Shown piece after piece: positions 24,643-32,000 of a stretch of 32,000 nt of DNA. The notes beneath the pieces were generated by a model. The model was not told the origin of the DNA and ran no database searches. It saw nothing but the letters and a program-made list of their open reading frames with translations. Both the position numbers and the translations under genes were made by a program. The stretch covers positions 2,040,001-2,072,000 of the forward strand of contig OY780959.1 in the NCBI GenBank assembly GCA_963675915.1. Direction: 5' to 3'. The first letter of the stretch is position 1. Each line of letters begins with the position of its first letter. The stretch is from Coprobacillaceae bacterium. Lineage in GTDB: Bacteria; Bacillota_I; Bacilli_A; Erysipelotrichales; Coprobacillaceae.

Positions 24643-25413
24643 TTATTTTTTTATTCTGAGTGTTATCACATACTCATCTTCAAGGTCTTCGACCTCCTGA
24701 TTGACAATAACGCCAGTCCGTTCAATCATTGTTATTGCCTGATTAATTGTATTGGTAGCTATCTTGACACTTTTGGAGATTGATTTTTTTGCAGCAGCCA
24801 TAGTAACTTTTTTACGTTTGGGCTTTTTATTGATCAATTTTTCCGTGTCTTTGACCGTCAGTTTTTTTTCTTTAATAACATCAAGAATTTTGATCTGCTG
24901 ATCAGTATCCAAACCAACCATGGCACGGCCGTGACGTTCGCTGATTTCTTTGGTGCTCAAAGCTTCAAGAACGGGTTCGCTCAATTGAAGCAATCGCAAT
25001 TTGTTTGCGATAGTTGACTGTTGTTTCCCTACCACGCTGGCAACGGTCTTTTGCGTATAACTATATTTCTCAATCAATGTTTGATACGCTTTGGCCTCCT
25101 CATATGGAGAAAGATTTTCTCTTTGTACATTCTCAATAATTGCCATTGTATCAACTTGCATCTCATCAAGAGATTTGATAATACAAGGTATTTCGCCAAT
25201 TCCAGCCATTTTAGTAGCTCGGAACCTGCGCTCCCCTGCTACAATCTGGTAGCCGTTCGCAAAAGGACGAACCACAATCGGTTGGATGATTCCGTTTGTT
25301 TTGATAGACTCCGATAATTCCTTGATCAGACTCTCATCAAAGGCTTCACGCGGTTGTTTTTTGTTTGGAAAAATCTTGTTTAGTGCAATTATTTTCAACT
25401 TGTCTTTTGCCAT
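24643..25413 (-). CDS. noc: ParB-family nucleoid occlusion protein-like (Noc)
   Basis: ParB box GERRFRATKMAG and an HTH region, with a short Lys-rich N-terminus. The position directly after rsmG matches the Bacillota noc locus. Confidence 0.75.
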   Translation of the reverse strand: MAKDKLKIIALNKIFPNKKQPREAFDESLIKELSESIKTNGIIQPIVVRPFANGYQIVAGERRFRATKMAGIGEIPCIIKSLDEMQVDTMAIIENVQRENLSPYEEAKAYQTLIEKYSYTQKTVASVVGKQQSTIANKLRLLQLSEPVLEALSTKEISERHGRAMVGLDTDQQIKILDVIKEKKLTVKDTEKLINKKPKRKKVTMAAAKKSISKSVKIATNTINQAITMIERTGVIVNQEVEDLEDEYVITLRIKK

Positions 25414-25445
25414 AATTCAACCTTTCTTAAACTTTATTACACCAT

Positions 25446-25474
25446 ATTATACATTATTTACCCCGGGATTTAAA
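25446..25474 (-). promoter_or_regulatory. Candidate promoter of noc-xpt
   Basis: Minus strand: TTTAAA (25474-25469), 17 nt, TATAAT (25451-25446). Confidence 0.4.
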
Positions 25475-25522
25475 TACCTTGCATTAAAATTGCCAAAATG
25501 ATGATCCGGGCCTCAAAGTACT

Positions 25523-25554
25523 AAAAAATCCCAGTAGCAATTAGCTATTGGGAT
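25523..25554 (-). terminator. Rho-independent terminator downstream of rsmG
   Basis: ATCCCAGTAGC (25528-25538) / GCTATTGGGAT (25544-25554), one mismatch, then T6 on the minus strand. Confidence 0.7.
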
Positions 25555-25559
25555 CTGAT

Positions 25560-26267
25560 CTATTTTAGCGGTTTCTTTTTGATTTGACCAAACTGACGGG
25601 GATATTTTAATGGTGTCTGAGCTGTTTTTTTGATAATAACGTTACCACGGATATCCTCCTGGTCCGCCAGGGTGAACTCGACAACATTTTCGATTAAGCC
25701 ACCTAATTTTTCAATACCCTTTTTAGCTTCGGCAATTTCTTCCTTGACCTGTCGGCCTTTTAGTGAAAGGAAATATCCACCAACTTTTACAAGCGGCAAG
25801 CAAAGTTCGTCAAGAATATTCAAGCGAGCCACCGCTCGTGCCATAACGATATCGGCAGCTTCGCGATGGTCTTTGGCATAATCCTCACTTCTAGCGGCAA
25901 TAGCCTTTACCTTGGTAAGCCCCAGTTTATCAAACAAAACATTCAAAAAAGTAATTCGTTTGCTTAATGAATCCACTATCGTGATATCAAGTTCCGGATA
26001 TACTATTTTCAAAGGAATACTAGGAAAACCGGCTCCCGCCCCGACGTCGACAATTGACTGATTGTCGAACTTAAAGTCAAATGCAATTGTCAGGGAATCA
26101 TAGAAGTGTTTGAGATAGACAGCTTCTTTTTCTGTAATTGCAGTAAGGTTCATTTTTTCATTCCATTCAACAAGCAGCTTGTAGTAGTCTTCAAACTGTT
26201 CCAGTTGTTTGGCAGTCAGATGAATTCCCTTTTCCGCCAACTTGTCAATAAATTCTTCTATATTCAT
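25560..26267 (-). CDS. rsmG: 16S rRNA (guanine527-N7)-methyltransferase RsmG (GidB)
   Basis: SAM motif VDVGAGAGFP, family-typical WNEKMNLTAI, 235 aa. Starts 2 nt after the mnmG stop. Confidence 0.9.
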   Translation of the reverse strand: MNIEEFIDKLAEKGIHLTAKQLEQFEDYYKLLVEWNEKMNLTAITEKEAVYLKHFYDSLTIAFDFKFDNQSIVDVGAGAGFPSIPLKIVYPELDITIVDSLSKRITFLNVLFDKLGLTKVKAIAARSEDYAKDHREAADIVMARAVARLNILDELCLPLVKVGGYFLSLKGRQVKEEIAEAKKGIEKLGGLIENVVEFTLADQEDIRGNVIIKKTAQTPLKYPRQFGQIKKKPLK

Positions 26268-26269
26268 TA

Positions 26270-28126
26270 TTAGTTCCCACTTTGCTTAAGATGAATCAGC
26301 AATACTGCAATATCCGCAGGATTGATACCCGAAACCCTTGATGCCTGTCCAACTGTAAGAGGGCGGACTTTGATCAGTTTCTGTCTCGCTTCAATTCGAA
26401 GATTCTTTACTTCATCATAATCGATATCTTCCGGAATGGTCTTGCTTTCGTTTTTCATTTGCTTTTCAGCCTGACGTTTTGCCTTTTCAATATAACCTTC
26501 ATATTTGATCAGGATAGTCACTCGGCGGCGCTGTTCTTCACTAAGGTCAGCTGATTCGATATAAGGTGCCACCAAATCATAATCTACCTCCGGTCTTTGA
26601 ATCAGATTACGAGCACTGATCCCTTCCTTCAACTTCGACGATCCGATTTTTTCCAACATTTCGTTGATAGGTGATTTTGGCGTGAATCTGATTGTTTCCA
26701 ATCTTTCAATCTCATCATAAATACCTTTCATCTTATCCAGATATTCCTGATATACCGCTTCAGAAATTAGACCAACCTCATGGCCATAACCCATCAATCT
26801 CTCGTCGGCATTGTCGTGACGTAAAAGCAAACGATATTCAGCTCGAGATGTCAGCATCCGATATGGTTCTTTCGTTCCTTTGGTAACCAAATCATCGATA
26901 AGAACTCCGATATACGCTTCATCACGTTTGAGAATCAACGGTTTTTTGTCTTCCAGTTTCAAGGTCGCATTGATTCCGGCCATCAAACCTTGAGCTGCTG
27001 CTTCTTCATATCCTGATGTCCCGTTAATCTGACCGGCCGTAAACAGATTGGTGATTACTTTTGTTTCCAGACTTGGCCACAGTTGCAGAGGATTAATTGC
27101 ATCATATTCAATCGCATAAGCGTATTTTAGAATTTTGCAGTTTTCCAATCCCGGCAAAGTTCTGATCATCTGTTCCTGGATTTCATGAGGCAATGAAGTT
27201 GAGAACCCCTGAACATAGATTGTGTCCATTTCAAGACTCTCGGGTTCCAGGAAAATCTGATGTTTGGGCTTGTCGGAGAATTTAACAACTTTATCTTCGA
27301 TACTTGGACAATATCTTGGTCCGATTCCTTTTACAATCCCACTGTACATACTTGATTTATGAAGATTTTCTTGGATGATCTTATGTGTTTCTTCATTTGT
27401 ATATGTCAAATAACAAGGAGTTTGTTCTTCAATCGGCATGAATTCCTTTGTTTGGAAACTGAATGCCAATTTTGCATCTGTACCCGGTTGAATCGTAGTC
27501 TTTGAGAAATCGACGCTGTCGATTGCAACCCGTTGCGGAGTTCCGGTTTTCAGCCTTTGAATTTCAAATCCCAAATCAGCCAGTTTGTCCGAAAGGAACC
27601 GGGACTCTTTTTGATTGTCGGGGCCGGAGTCTGTTTTTTGGTCCCCAACCAATATCTGCGCTTTCAGGAAAGTTCCGGTTGTCAATATTACTGCCTTACC
27701 CTTAATTTCAGTTCCATCTAAAAGACAGACACCTTTGACAGTACCATCCTCTACAATCAGATCTTCCACCATGCCTTCCAAGACCTCGAGATTCTCTTGC
27801 TCTTTGATCACTTTTTGCATATATCTAGGGTAGGCCTTTTTATCTCCTTGAGCGCGTAGCGATTGTACTCCCGGTCCTTTGGCCGTATTCAACATTTTCA
27901 ATTGAATATAAGTCTTATCAGCCGTAAGCCCCATTTGACCACCGAGCGCATCAATTTCGCGAACTATGATCCCCTTGGCCGGTCCTCCTATTGAAGTATT
28001 GCAGGGCATCGCTCCAATATAATCGATATTACCGGTGATCAACAAGGTTTTCATACCCATTCTTGCCGGTGCCAAACACGCCTCAATACCGGCATGGCCT
28101 CCACCAACGACTATTATATCGTACAT
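26270..28126 (-). CDS. mnmG: tRNA uridine 5-carboxymethylaminomethyl modification enzyme MnmG (GidA)
   Basis: YDIIVVGGGHAGIEA FAD fold, with family blocks throughout. ATG 28126 is preferred over the track's 28150 because of the AAGGAG upstream and the typical MnmG N-terminus. Confidence 0.95.
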   Translation of the reverse strand: MYDIIVVGGGHAGIEACLAPARMGMKTLLITGNIDYIGAMPCNTSIGGPAKGIIVREIDALGGQMGLTADKTYIQLKMLNTAKGPGVQSLRAQGDKKAYPRYMQKVIKEQENLEVLEGMVEDLIVEDGTVKGVCLLDGTEIKGKAVILTTGTFLKAQILVGDQKTDSGPDNQKESRFLSDKLADLGFEIQRLKTGTPQRVAIDSVDFSKTTIQPGTDAKLAFSFQTKEFMPIEEQTPCYLTYTNEETHKIIQENLHKSSMYSGIVKGIGPRYCPSIEDKVVKFSDKPKHQIFLEPESLEMDTIYVQGFSTSLPHEIQEQMIRTLPGLENCKILKYAYAIEYDAINPLQLWPSLETKVITNLFTAGQINGTSGYEEAAAQGLMAGINATLKLEDKKPLILKRDEAYIGVLIDDLVTKGTKEPYRMLTSRAEYRLLLRHDNADERLMGYGHEVGLISEAVYQEYLDKMKGIYDEIERLETIRFTPKSPINEMLEKIGSSKLKEGISARNLIQRPEVDYDLVAPYIESADLSEEQRRRVTILIKYEGYIEKAKRQAEKQMKNESKTIPEDIDYDEVKNLRIEARQKLIKVRPLTVGQASRVSGINPADIAVLLIHLKQSGN

Positions 28127-28231
28127 TATCTGTTTCACTCCTTTAAGCATCTAGTTATATTATAATATTCTAAAAACAGTCAAAAAGCAATGAATTTATC
28201 ACTTAAATTTCGATTTTAGAACATATCCGAC

Positions 28232-28259
28232 AAAATAAAAGCCAACCCTAGGGTTGACT
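28232..28259 (-). terminator. Terminator downstream of the yabE-like gene
   Basis: AGCCAACC (28240-28247), loop CTAG, GGTTGACT (28252-28259): 8 bp including one G-U pair. Followed on the minus strand by TTTTATTTT. Confidence 0.65.
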
Positions 28260-28267
28260 ATTAAATA

Positions 28268-29239
28268 TTATCTCCAGAAGTTTCTGTCGCCACTACCATA
28301 AGAAATGATAGTGTATTTTGTTTTTAGAGACGTATCTGCTCCAAAGTACTGGTTGCTTGCCGATCCATTGAAGATATCAAAATGGGTTCCTGTGATAGCA
28401 CCCCCACGATCGACAACAATTCCATAAATTGTTGATTGCAATGCTAAATTATGATTTTCAATTTTTACAATAGTTCCAAATGGAATATCCGGGTCGGCCG
28501 CTAAAGCATAGTAGCTCCCACCGTTATACTGCAACAGAGCAGTATTCGAGTAGTTGACTCCGGTATTTGGCGATAATGGTAATCCCGATGCAGCAATTCC
28601 AATACATCCAGGACAATCACCGTAATAGTATGTCAGAATACCGGTGAACGTTTTTACCCCTGATTCATTCAATCCGGGTGCCAGATAAGACGTATTGATC
28701 GGTTTTGGACCTTTTGAAATAACTGTTGTTACTTCGGCCTTTGTCTTCTTTGACATTGTCAAAGTTCTGGAAACCTCTTCCCCGTTTTGCAATAGTACTT
28801 CATATGTATTTGTTATTTCTCCAGTTGTTCCTTGTTGAATAACAACCCCTTTTGCTACGGTATCAGAGTATTCATACACCACTGGCGAATTAACTGTAAT
28901 TATCTCAGTTACTGTTTCACGCGAAACTCTTGTAATTGATAGTAGATCCCCTTTTTCAACTATTTCCTCTAAACCTTTACTCACTGTATCTTCCCCGAAC
29001 AGTTGATAGTCCAATTGTGTCAGGACATTGTTCACAGTGTCTTGCTTAACTAAATAACCTCTAGCTTCTTCATTTCCATCTTTTACGGAGATATCTACTG
29101 TTTCAACGTAATTTTCCAGAGATAAAGTAGCTCCAGCTTCTGTAACTTGTGTCAAGATTGCTAATGCCGCAATCAAAGCAATAATTATCCCGTAAAAACG
29201 GGAGTTTGGTTTAAAATCCTTGTTCTTTAAAAATTTCAT
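28268..29239 (-). CDS. YabE-like cell-wall protein: membrane anchor, DUF348/G5-like region and C-terminal 3D domain
   Basis: N-terminal TM segment. Central G5-like RETVTE...VISKG. C-terminal 3D-domain pattern GTIVKI...IVVDRGGAITGTHFDIF. Follows tatD, as yabD-yabE does in B. subtilis. Confidence 0.7.
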   Translation of the reverse strand: MKFLKNKDFKPNSRFYGIIIALIAALAILTQVTEAGATLSLENYVETVDISVKDGNEEARGYLVKQDTVNNVLTQLDYQLFGEDTVSKGLEEIVEKGDLLSITRVSRETVTEIITVNSPVVYEYSDTVAKGVVIQQGTTGEITNTYEVLLQNGEEVSRTLTMSKKTKAEVTTVISKGPKPINTSYLAPGLNESGVKTFTGILTYYYGDCPGCIGIAASGLPLSPNTGVNYSNTALLQYNGGSYYALAADPDIPFGTIVKIENHNLALQSTIYGIVVDRGGAITGTHFDIFNGSASNQYFGADTSLKTKYTIISYGSGDRNFWR

Positions 29240-29253
29240 GAATCAATTCCTCC

Positions 29254-30012
29254 TTATTTAATCCCAAATAACTCCTTGGCATTAAATTCAGTTATGCGTG
29301 CTACGTTTTCTATTTCCATATTTTTAATCTTTGCGATTTCTTTGGCTACGTACACTACATTTGCAGGTTCATTCAATTTACCACGAAATGGATGTGGTGT
29401 TAAATACGGACAATCTGTTTCAATTAATAAATCTTCAATTTGAATATTTCCTGCCACTTCCTTAGGAACGCGTGCATTTTTGAATGTAACAGTTCCTGAT
29501 AGCGAGATTTTAAACCCGATATCGACAAATCGCTGTGCCATTTGCGCAGAACCGCTATAACAATGCATCACTCCATAATGAGAAGCCTGCTTAAGCATTT
29601 CGTAAGTATCCTCGTAAGCATCTCTGCAGTGAATTGATAAAGGCAAGTTATGTTTCTTAGCCAAATCAATGTGCCACTTGAATACTTCTTTTTGCTTTTG
29701 AATGGTAACATAATCCCAATAATAATCGAGACCGGTTTCCCCGATAGCTACCACTTTAGGATCATCTAGATATTTTTCCAGCACATGCATGTCTTCCAAT
29801 GTGGTTTCATTGCAATCGTTTGGTCCGATAGCAACCGCCGCATATAGAAAATCATATGAGTTGGCAAGCTCAACTGCAAGCTTTGATGACTCCATGTCAT
29901 ATCCAACAACTAACATCTCCGTAACATTTTTTTCCAAAGCGTTAGCAATAAACAAATCGCGCTCTTCATATAACTGCGAACTATTTAAATGTACATGACT
30001 ATCAAAATACAT
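29254..30012 (-). CDS. tatD: TatD family metal-dependent hydrolase (YabD-like)
   Basis: FDSHVHL metal motif, GETGLDY, SIHCRDA, ETDCPYL. ATG 30012 lies 6 nt after GAGGTG. The track's GTG 30021 start lies within that RBS. Confidence 0.9.
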   Translation of the reverse strand: MYFDSHVHLNSSQLYEERDLFIANALEKNVTEMLVVGYDMESSKLAVELANSYDFLYAAVAIGPNDCNETTLEDMHVLEKYLDDPKVVAIGETGLDYYWDYVTIQKQKEVFKWHIDLAKKHNLPLSIHCRDAYEDTYEMLKQASHYGVMHCYSGSAQMAQRFVDIGFKISLSGTVTFKNARVPKEVAGNIQIEDLLIETDCPYLTPHPFRGKLNEPANVVYVAKEIAKIKNMEIENVARITEFNAKELFGIK

Positions 30013-30031
30013 AGATTCCACCTCAAATCGA

Positions 30032-30060
30032 ATCTTAACAAAATCTTAAGAAGTTGTCAA
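30032..30060 (-). promoter_or_regulatory. SigA-type promoter of tatD
   Basis: Minus strand: TTGACA (30060-30055), 17 nt, TAAGAT (30037-30032). Confidence 0.6.
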
Positions 30061-30156
30061 ATTTCTAAATTAATTTTATACACAATTAGCCATTTATTCA
30101 GGTAAATACGACATTTATCCATTAATAACCGGTATCATTTTAGGCGTATCCTAAAT

Positions 30157-30229
30157 AAAAACCATCCCAAATAGCTAATTTTAACCTGAAATCAGGGCAA
30201 ATTTAACGTTATTTGGGTGGGGGCTTTTT
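30157..30229. other. Long imperfect hairpin flanked by A- and T-runs
   Basis: CCCAAATA (30166-30173) / TATTTGGG (30210-30217), with inner helix CCTGA-AAT-TCAGG (30185-30197), then GGGGGCTTTTT. Confidence 0.5.
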
Positions 30230-30251
30230 CAAATCTTAATTTAAATATAAC

Positions 30252-30283
30252 AAAAAAAACGCCTGATGGATACCCATCAAACG
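30252..30283 (-). terminator. Minus-strand-specific rho-independent terminator
   Basis: On the minus strand CGTTTGATGG / CCATCAGGCG gives 10 bp including two G-U pairs, followed by T8. On the plus strand those pairs become C-A mismatches. Confidence 0.65.
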
Positions 30284-30392
30284 CTTTTTGAGTATCTAAG
30301 ATAGTTTAATATTGCCGCTCCGAACAATATGAGTGATGGTTTACTTTTGTAGGACCATTTATTAGCTACAACGATTGTTGAGGTGTAATTCT

Positions 30393-30443
30393 AAAAAACA
30401 GGCTTAGCTCCATGATTCATTTTGGTGCTTTGCCTGTTTTTTT
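30393..30443. terminator. Bidirectional terminator-like hairpin
   Basis: A6-CAGGC (30393-30403) ... GCCTG-T7 (30432-30443), with additional inner pairing TAGC/GCT. Confidence 0.55.
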
Positions 30444-30479
30444 GGTATCATATTAGTATATAAACATCTTTTAGAAAGG

Positions 30480-30521
30480 AAAAAAGATAGAAATCTCCCC
30501 TACCAAGTTTGATTTCTATCT
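30480..30521 (-). terminator. Terminator-like hairpin (T-run only on the minus strand)
   Basis: AGATAGAAATC (30485-30495) / GATTTCTATCT (30511-30521), 11 bp. The A6 run at 30480-30485 gives T6 after the stem on the minus strand. Confidence 0.55.
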
Positions 30522-30536
30522 GCTCATAAGAACAAT

Positions 30537-30950
30537 ATGATAATAATAAAAAATGAAACAAAAATCAAGTATATCAACCAAAAATCCTACTCCAACACAG
30601 TTAATTCAATCAATTTTTCACAAATGAGCTGCTCTTGTGGTGCGACAAACTCTTTCAAGACACATTCCTACTACGTTAGAAATGTGTCGTTTTTAGGTCT
30701 CAAATTCAAAATTAGGATCATGAGGCTCATTTGCGGGGACTGCGGTAGAACTCATGCCATCCTGATTGAATCAATGGTTCCATTCTCAATTTTGTCAAAA
30801 GATGACATAGTTTCTATCATTGTAAACAACAACCATTACGATCCTTCGTATCTCAGTTATCTGCGGCAGTCTTTCGACATCAATCTAAGCTATGAAGATT
30901 TTTGTATTCTAAAATCAAGAAAATTTGACTGTATCTTCATTACCACATAA
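30537..30950 (+). CDS. Hypothetical zinc-ribbon protein, DUF6431-like, IS-associated
   Basis: CSCG ... 34 aa ... CGDCGRTHAILIESMVPFS resembles the CxxCG...CxxCxxTHALLP pattern I recall for DUF6431. No good RBS. Lies 68 nt upstream of the ISL3 transposase gene. Confidence 0.4.
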   Translation: MIIIKNETKIKYINQKSYSNTVNSINFSQMSCSCGATNSFKTHSYYVRNVSFLGLKFKIRIMRLICGDCGRTHAILIESMVPFSILSKDDIVSIIVNNNHYDPSYLSYLRQSFDINLSYEDFCILKSRKFDCIFITT

Positions 30951-31018
30951 CTTTCATACGATTAAACCGGGTTTATTTGTACAATCTACTTGTAAAATGA
31001 ATTTTAGGAGGAAAACGT

Positions 31019-32000
31019 ATGGAATCGAATAATAAGTCTAATCTTTCTACGTGTTTGGCGACGAATCCTAACACGGGTGCGTCTATTGATGACATTTATA
31101 TTAGAAAACTATTCAATCTTGAAGACAAACGGATTAAGAAAATCCATGTCAATCATCAGTTTGATGGTGTTCATGTGTATGTTGAACTTGAATGTGTCCC
31201 CCACATATGCCCGGTCTGCGGAACCGAGACCACCATCGTCAATAACTACGTTAACAAGAAAATAACCCACTCTATCCTAAATGGTATTCCTTGCTATATC
31301 AACTACCATGCCCGCAGGCACAAATGCCCCGCCTGCAACAAAACATTCTATGAACACAATCCGTTCACCCTCAAAGGTATGAAAATCTCTTTGGCGACCG
31401 TATATAATGTCCTGAAGGATTTGAAATCGTTTAATGAAACATTCAAGAGCGTTGCTTATCGTCACAACATATCGCCCACCACAGTTGCTTCGATATTTGA
31501 CAAGCATGTAAGAGTATCAAGAAGAACGCTGCCGGAGTATATCTGCATTGATGAAGTTTATGCCTTCAAATCGAAAAGAAGCAACTATGTTTGCGTGCTG
31601 CTTGATTATCAAAACCAGAAAATAATTGATCTGTTGCCAGATCGAAAAAAGTACAGTTTGCTTAACTACTTCACCCTGATTCCCAGGAAAGAACGGGAAA
31701 TAGTTAAAGTCGTATCAACTGATATGTGGGAAACTTATCGAATCGTAAGCAAGCGTGTATTCCCAAATGCCGTTGTGGCCTGTGACAAGTTTCATGTAAT
31801 CCAGGAGCTTACCAAGAAGGTTGACAGAGTTAGAATCGATGTTATGAACAAGGTCAAAGTCCCACCAAATATAATTAAGGAGAATCTCACCCCAAAAGAG
31901 ATTGTAGAAATCAAAGAACGTAAGAAGCAATATTATGTGCTCAAAAAATTCAATTGGCTTCTTTACAAGAATGATCCAAAGATATTCGATCCGAACGTCA
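31019..32000 (+). CDS. ISL3 family transposase, N-terminal 327 codons (runs off the window)
   Basis: AGGAGG RBS at 31006-31011. Zinc-finger pairs CPVCG and CPACN. DDE-region blocks YICIDEVYAF and VVSTDMWETY. Frame stays open to position 32000. Absent from the ORF track because no stop lies in the window. Confidence 0.85.
   Translation, partial: MESNNKSNLSTCLATNPNTGASIDDIYIRKLFNLEDKRIKKIHVNHQFDGVHVYVELECVPHICPVCGTETTIVNNYVNKKITHSILNGIPCYINYHARRHKCPACNKTFYEHNPFTLKGMKISLATVYNVLKDLKSFNETFKSVAYRHNISPTTVASIFDKHVRVSRRTLPEYICIDEVYAFKSKRSNYVCVLLDYQNQKIIDLLPDRKKYSLLNYFTLIPRKEREIVKVVSTDMWETYRIVSKRVFPNAVVACDKFHVIQELTKKVDRVRIDVMNKVKVPPNIIKENLTPKEIVEIKERKKQYYVLKKFNWLLYKNDPKIFDPNV

Larger units (their letters stand above)
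30537..32000 (+). mobile_element. Partial ISL3-type insertion sequence (boundaries not determinable)
   Basis: Contains a transposase gene plus a possible accessory ORF. The right end lies outside the window, so no terminal inverted repeats or target duplication can be paired. Confidence 0.5.

Noticed and set aside
25457-25471. CCCGGG-centred sequence TTTACCCCGGGATTT in the spacer of the candidate noc promoter, considered as a Noc-binding site.
   Set aside because: Only about 9 of 14 matches to the B. subtilis NBS ATTTCCCGGGAAAT, and the flanks are not palindromic. This is insufficient to call.
1-32000. Searched by eye for CRISPR arrays, tRNA/rRNA genes, toxin-antitoxin pairs, restriction-modification or other defence cassettes, and phage genes.
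   Set aside because: No regularly spaced direct repeats, no tRNA-like GGTTCGAAT arms, and no recognisable defence or phage protein motifs. Apart from the ISL3 edge, the window looks like core chromosome.

Overview
Densely coding, low-GC Bacillota-type chromosomal segment. It contains the origin-proximal housekeeping cluster (tatD, yabE-like, mnmG, rsmG, noc ... soj, spo0J), interleaved with other functions. These are a scrR-scrA-scrB sucrose PTS operon and an AraC regulator with a GH36 alpha-galactosidase. There is also metG behind a T-box leader, and a cobalamin riboswitch in front of a DUF4430-like lipoprotein. Further genes are deoC, a NatAB-like ABC transporter, dut, xpt, a Cof-type HAD::FolD fusion followed by a DUF951 gene, and a partial ISL3 element at the 3' edge. 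I see no CRISPR array, rRNA or tRNA gene, prophage or recognisable defence island. My best candidate for something undescribed is a small module at 4.6-6.3 kb. It encodes a secreted, acidic, Tyr/His/Cys-rich mini-protein with one thrombospondin-type-3-like Asp loop, co-oriented and tightly spaced with an ECF sigma factor and a single-pass putative anti-sigma. An orphan paralogue at 455-889 carries the same promoter-to-RBS cassette. Other points worth follow-up are the HAD-FolD fusion and an MT2/URO-D-like putative zinc methyltransferase overlapping the metG stop codon, next to the B12-riboswitch locus. There is also a 0.5 kb ORF-free stretch holding four terminator-like hairpins, and synteny breaks near the IS. 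All calls rest on by-eye motif recognition and hand-counted coordinates. No database search or folding program was run.
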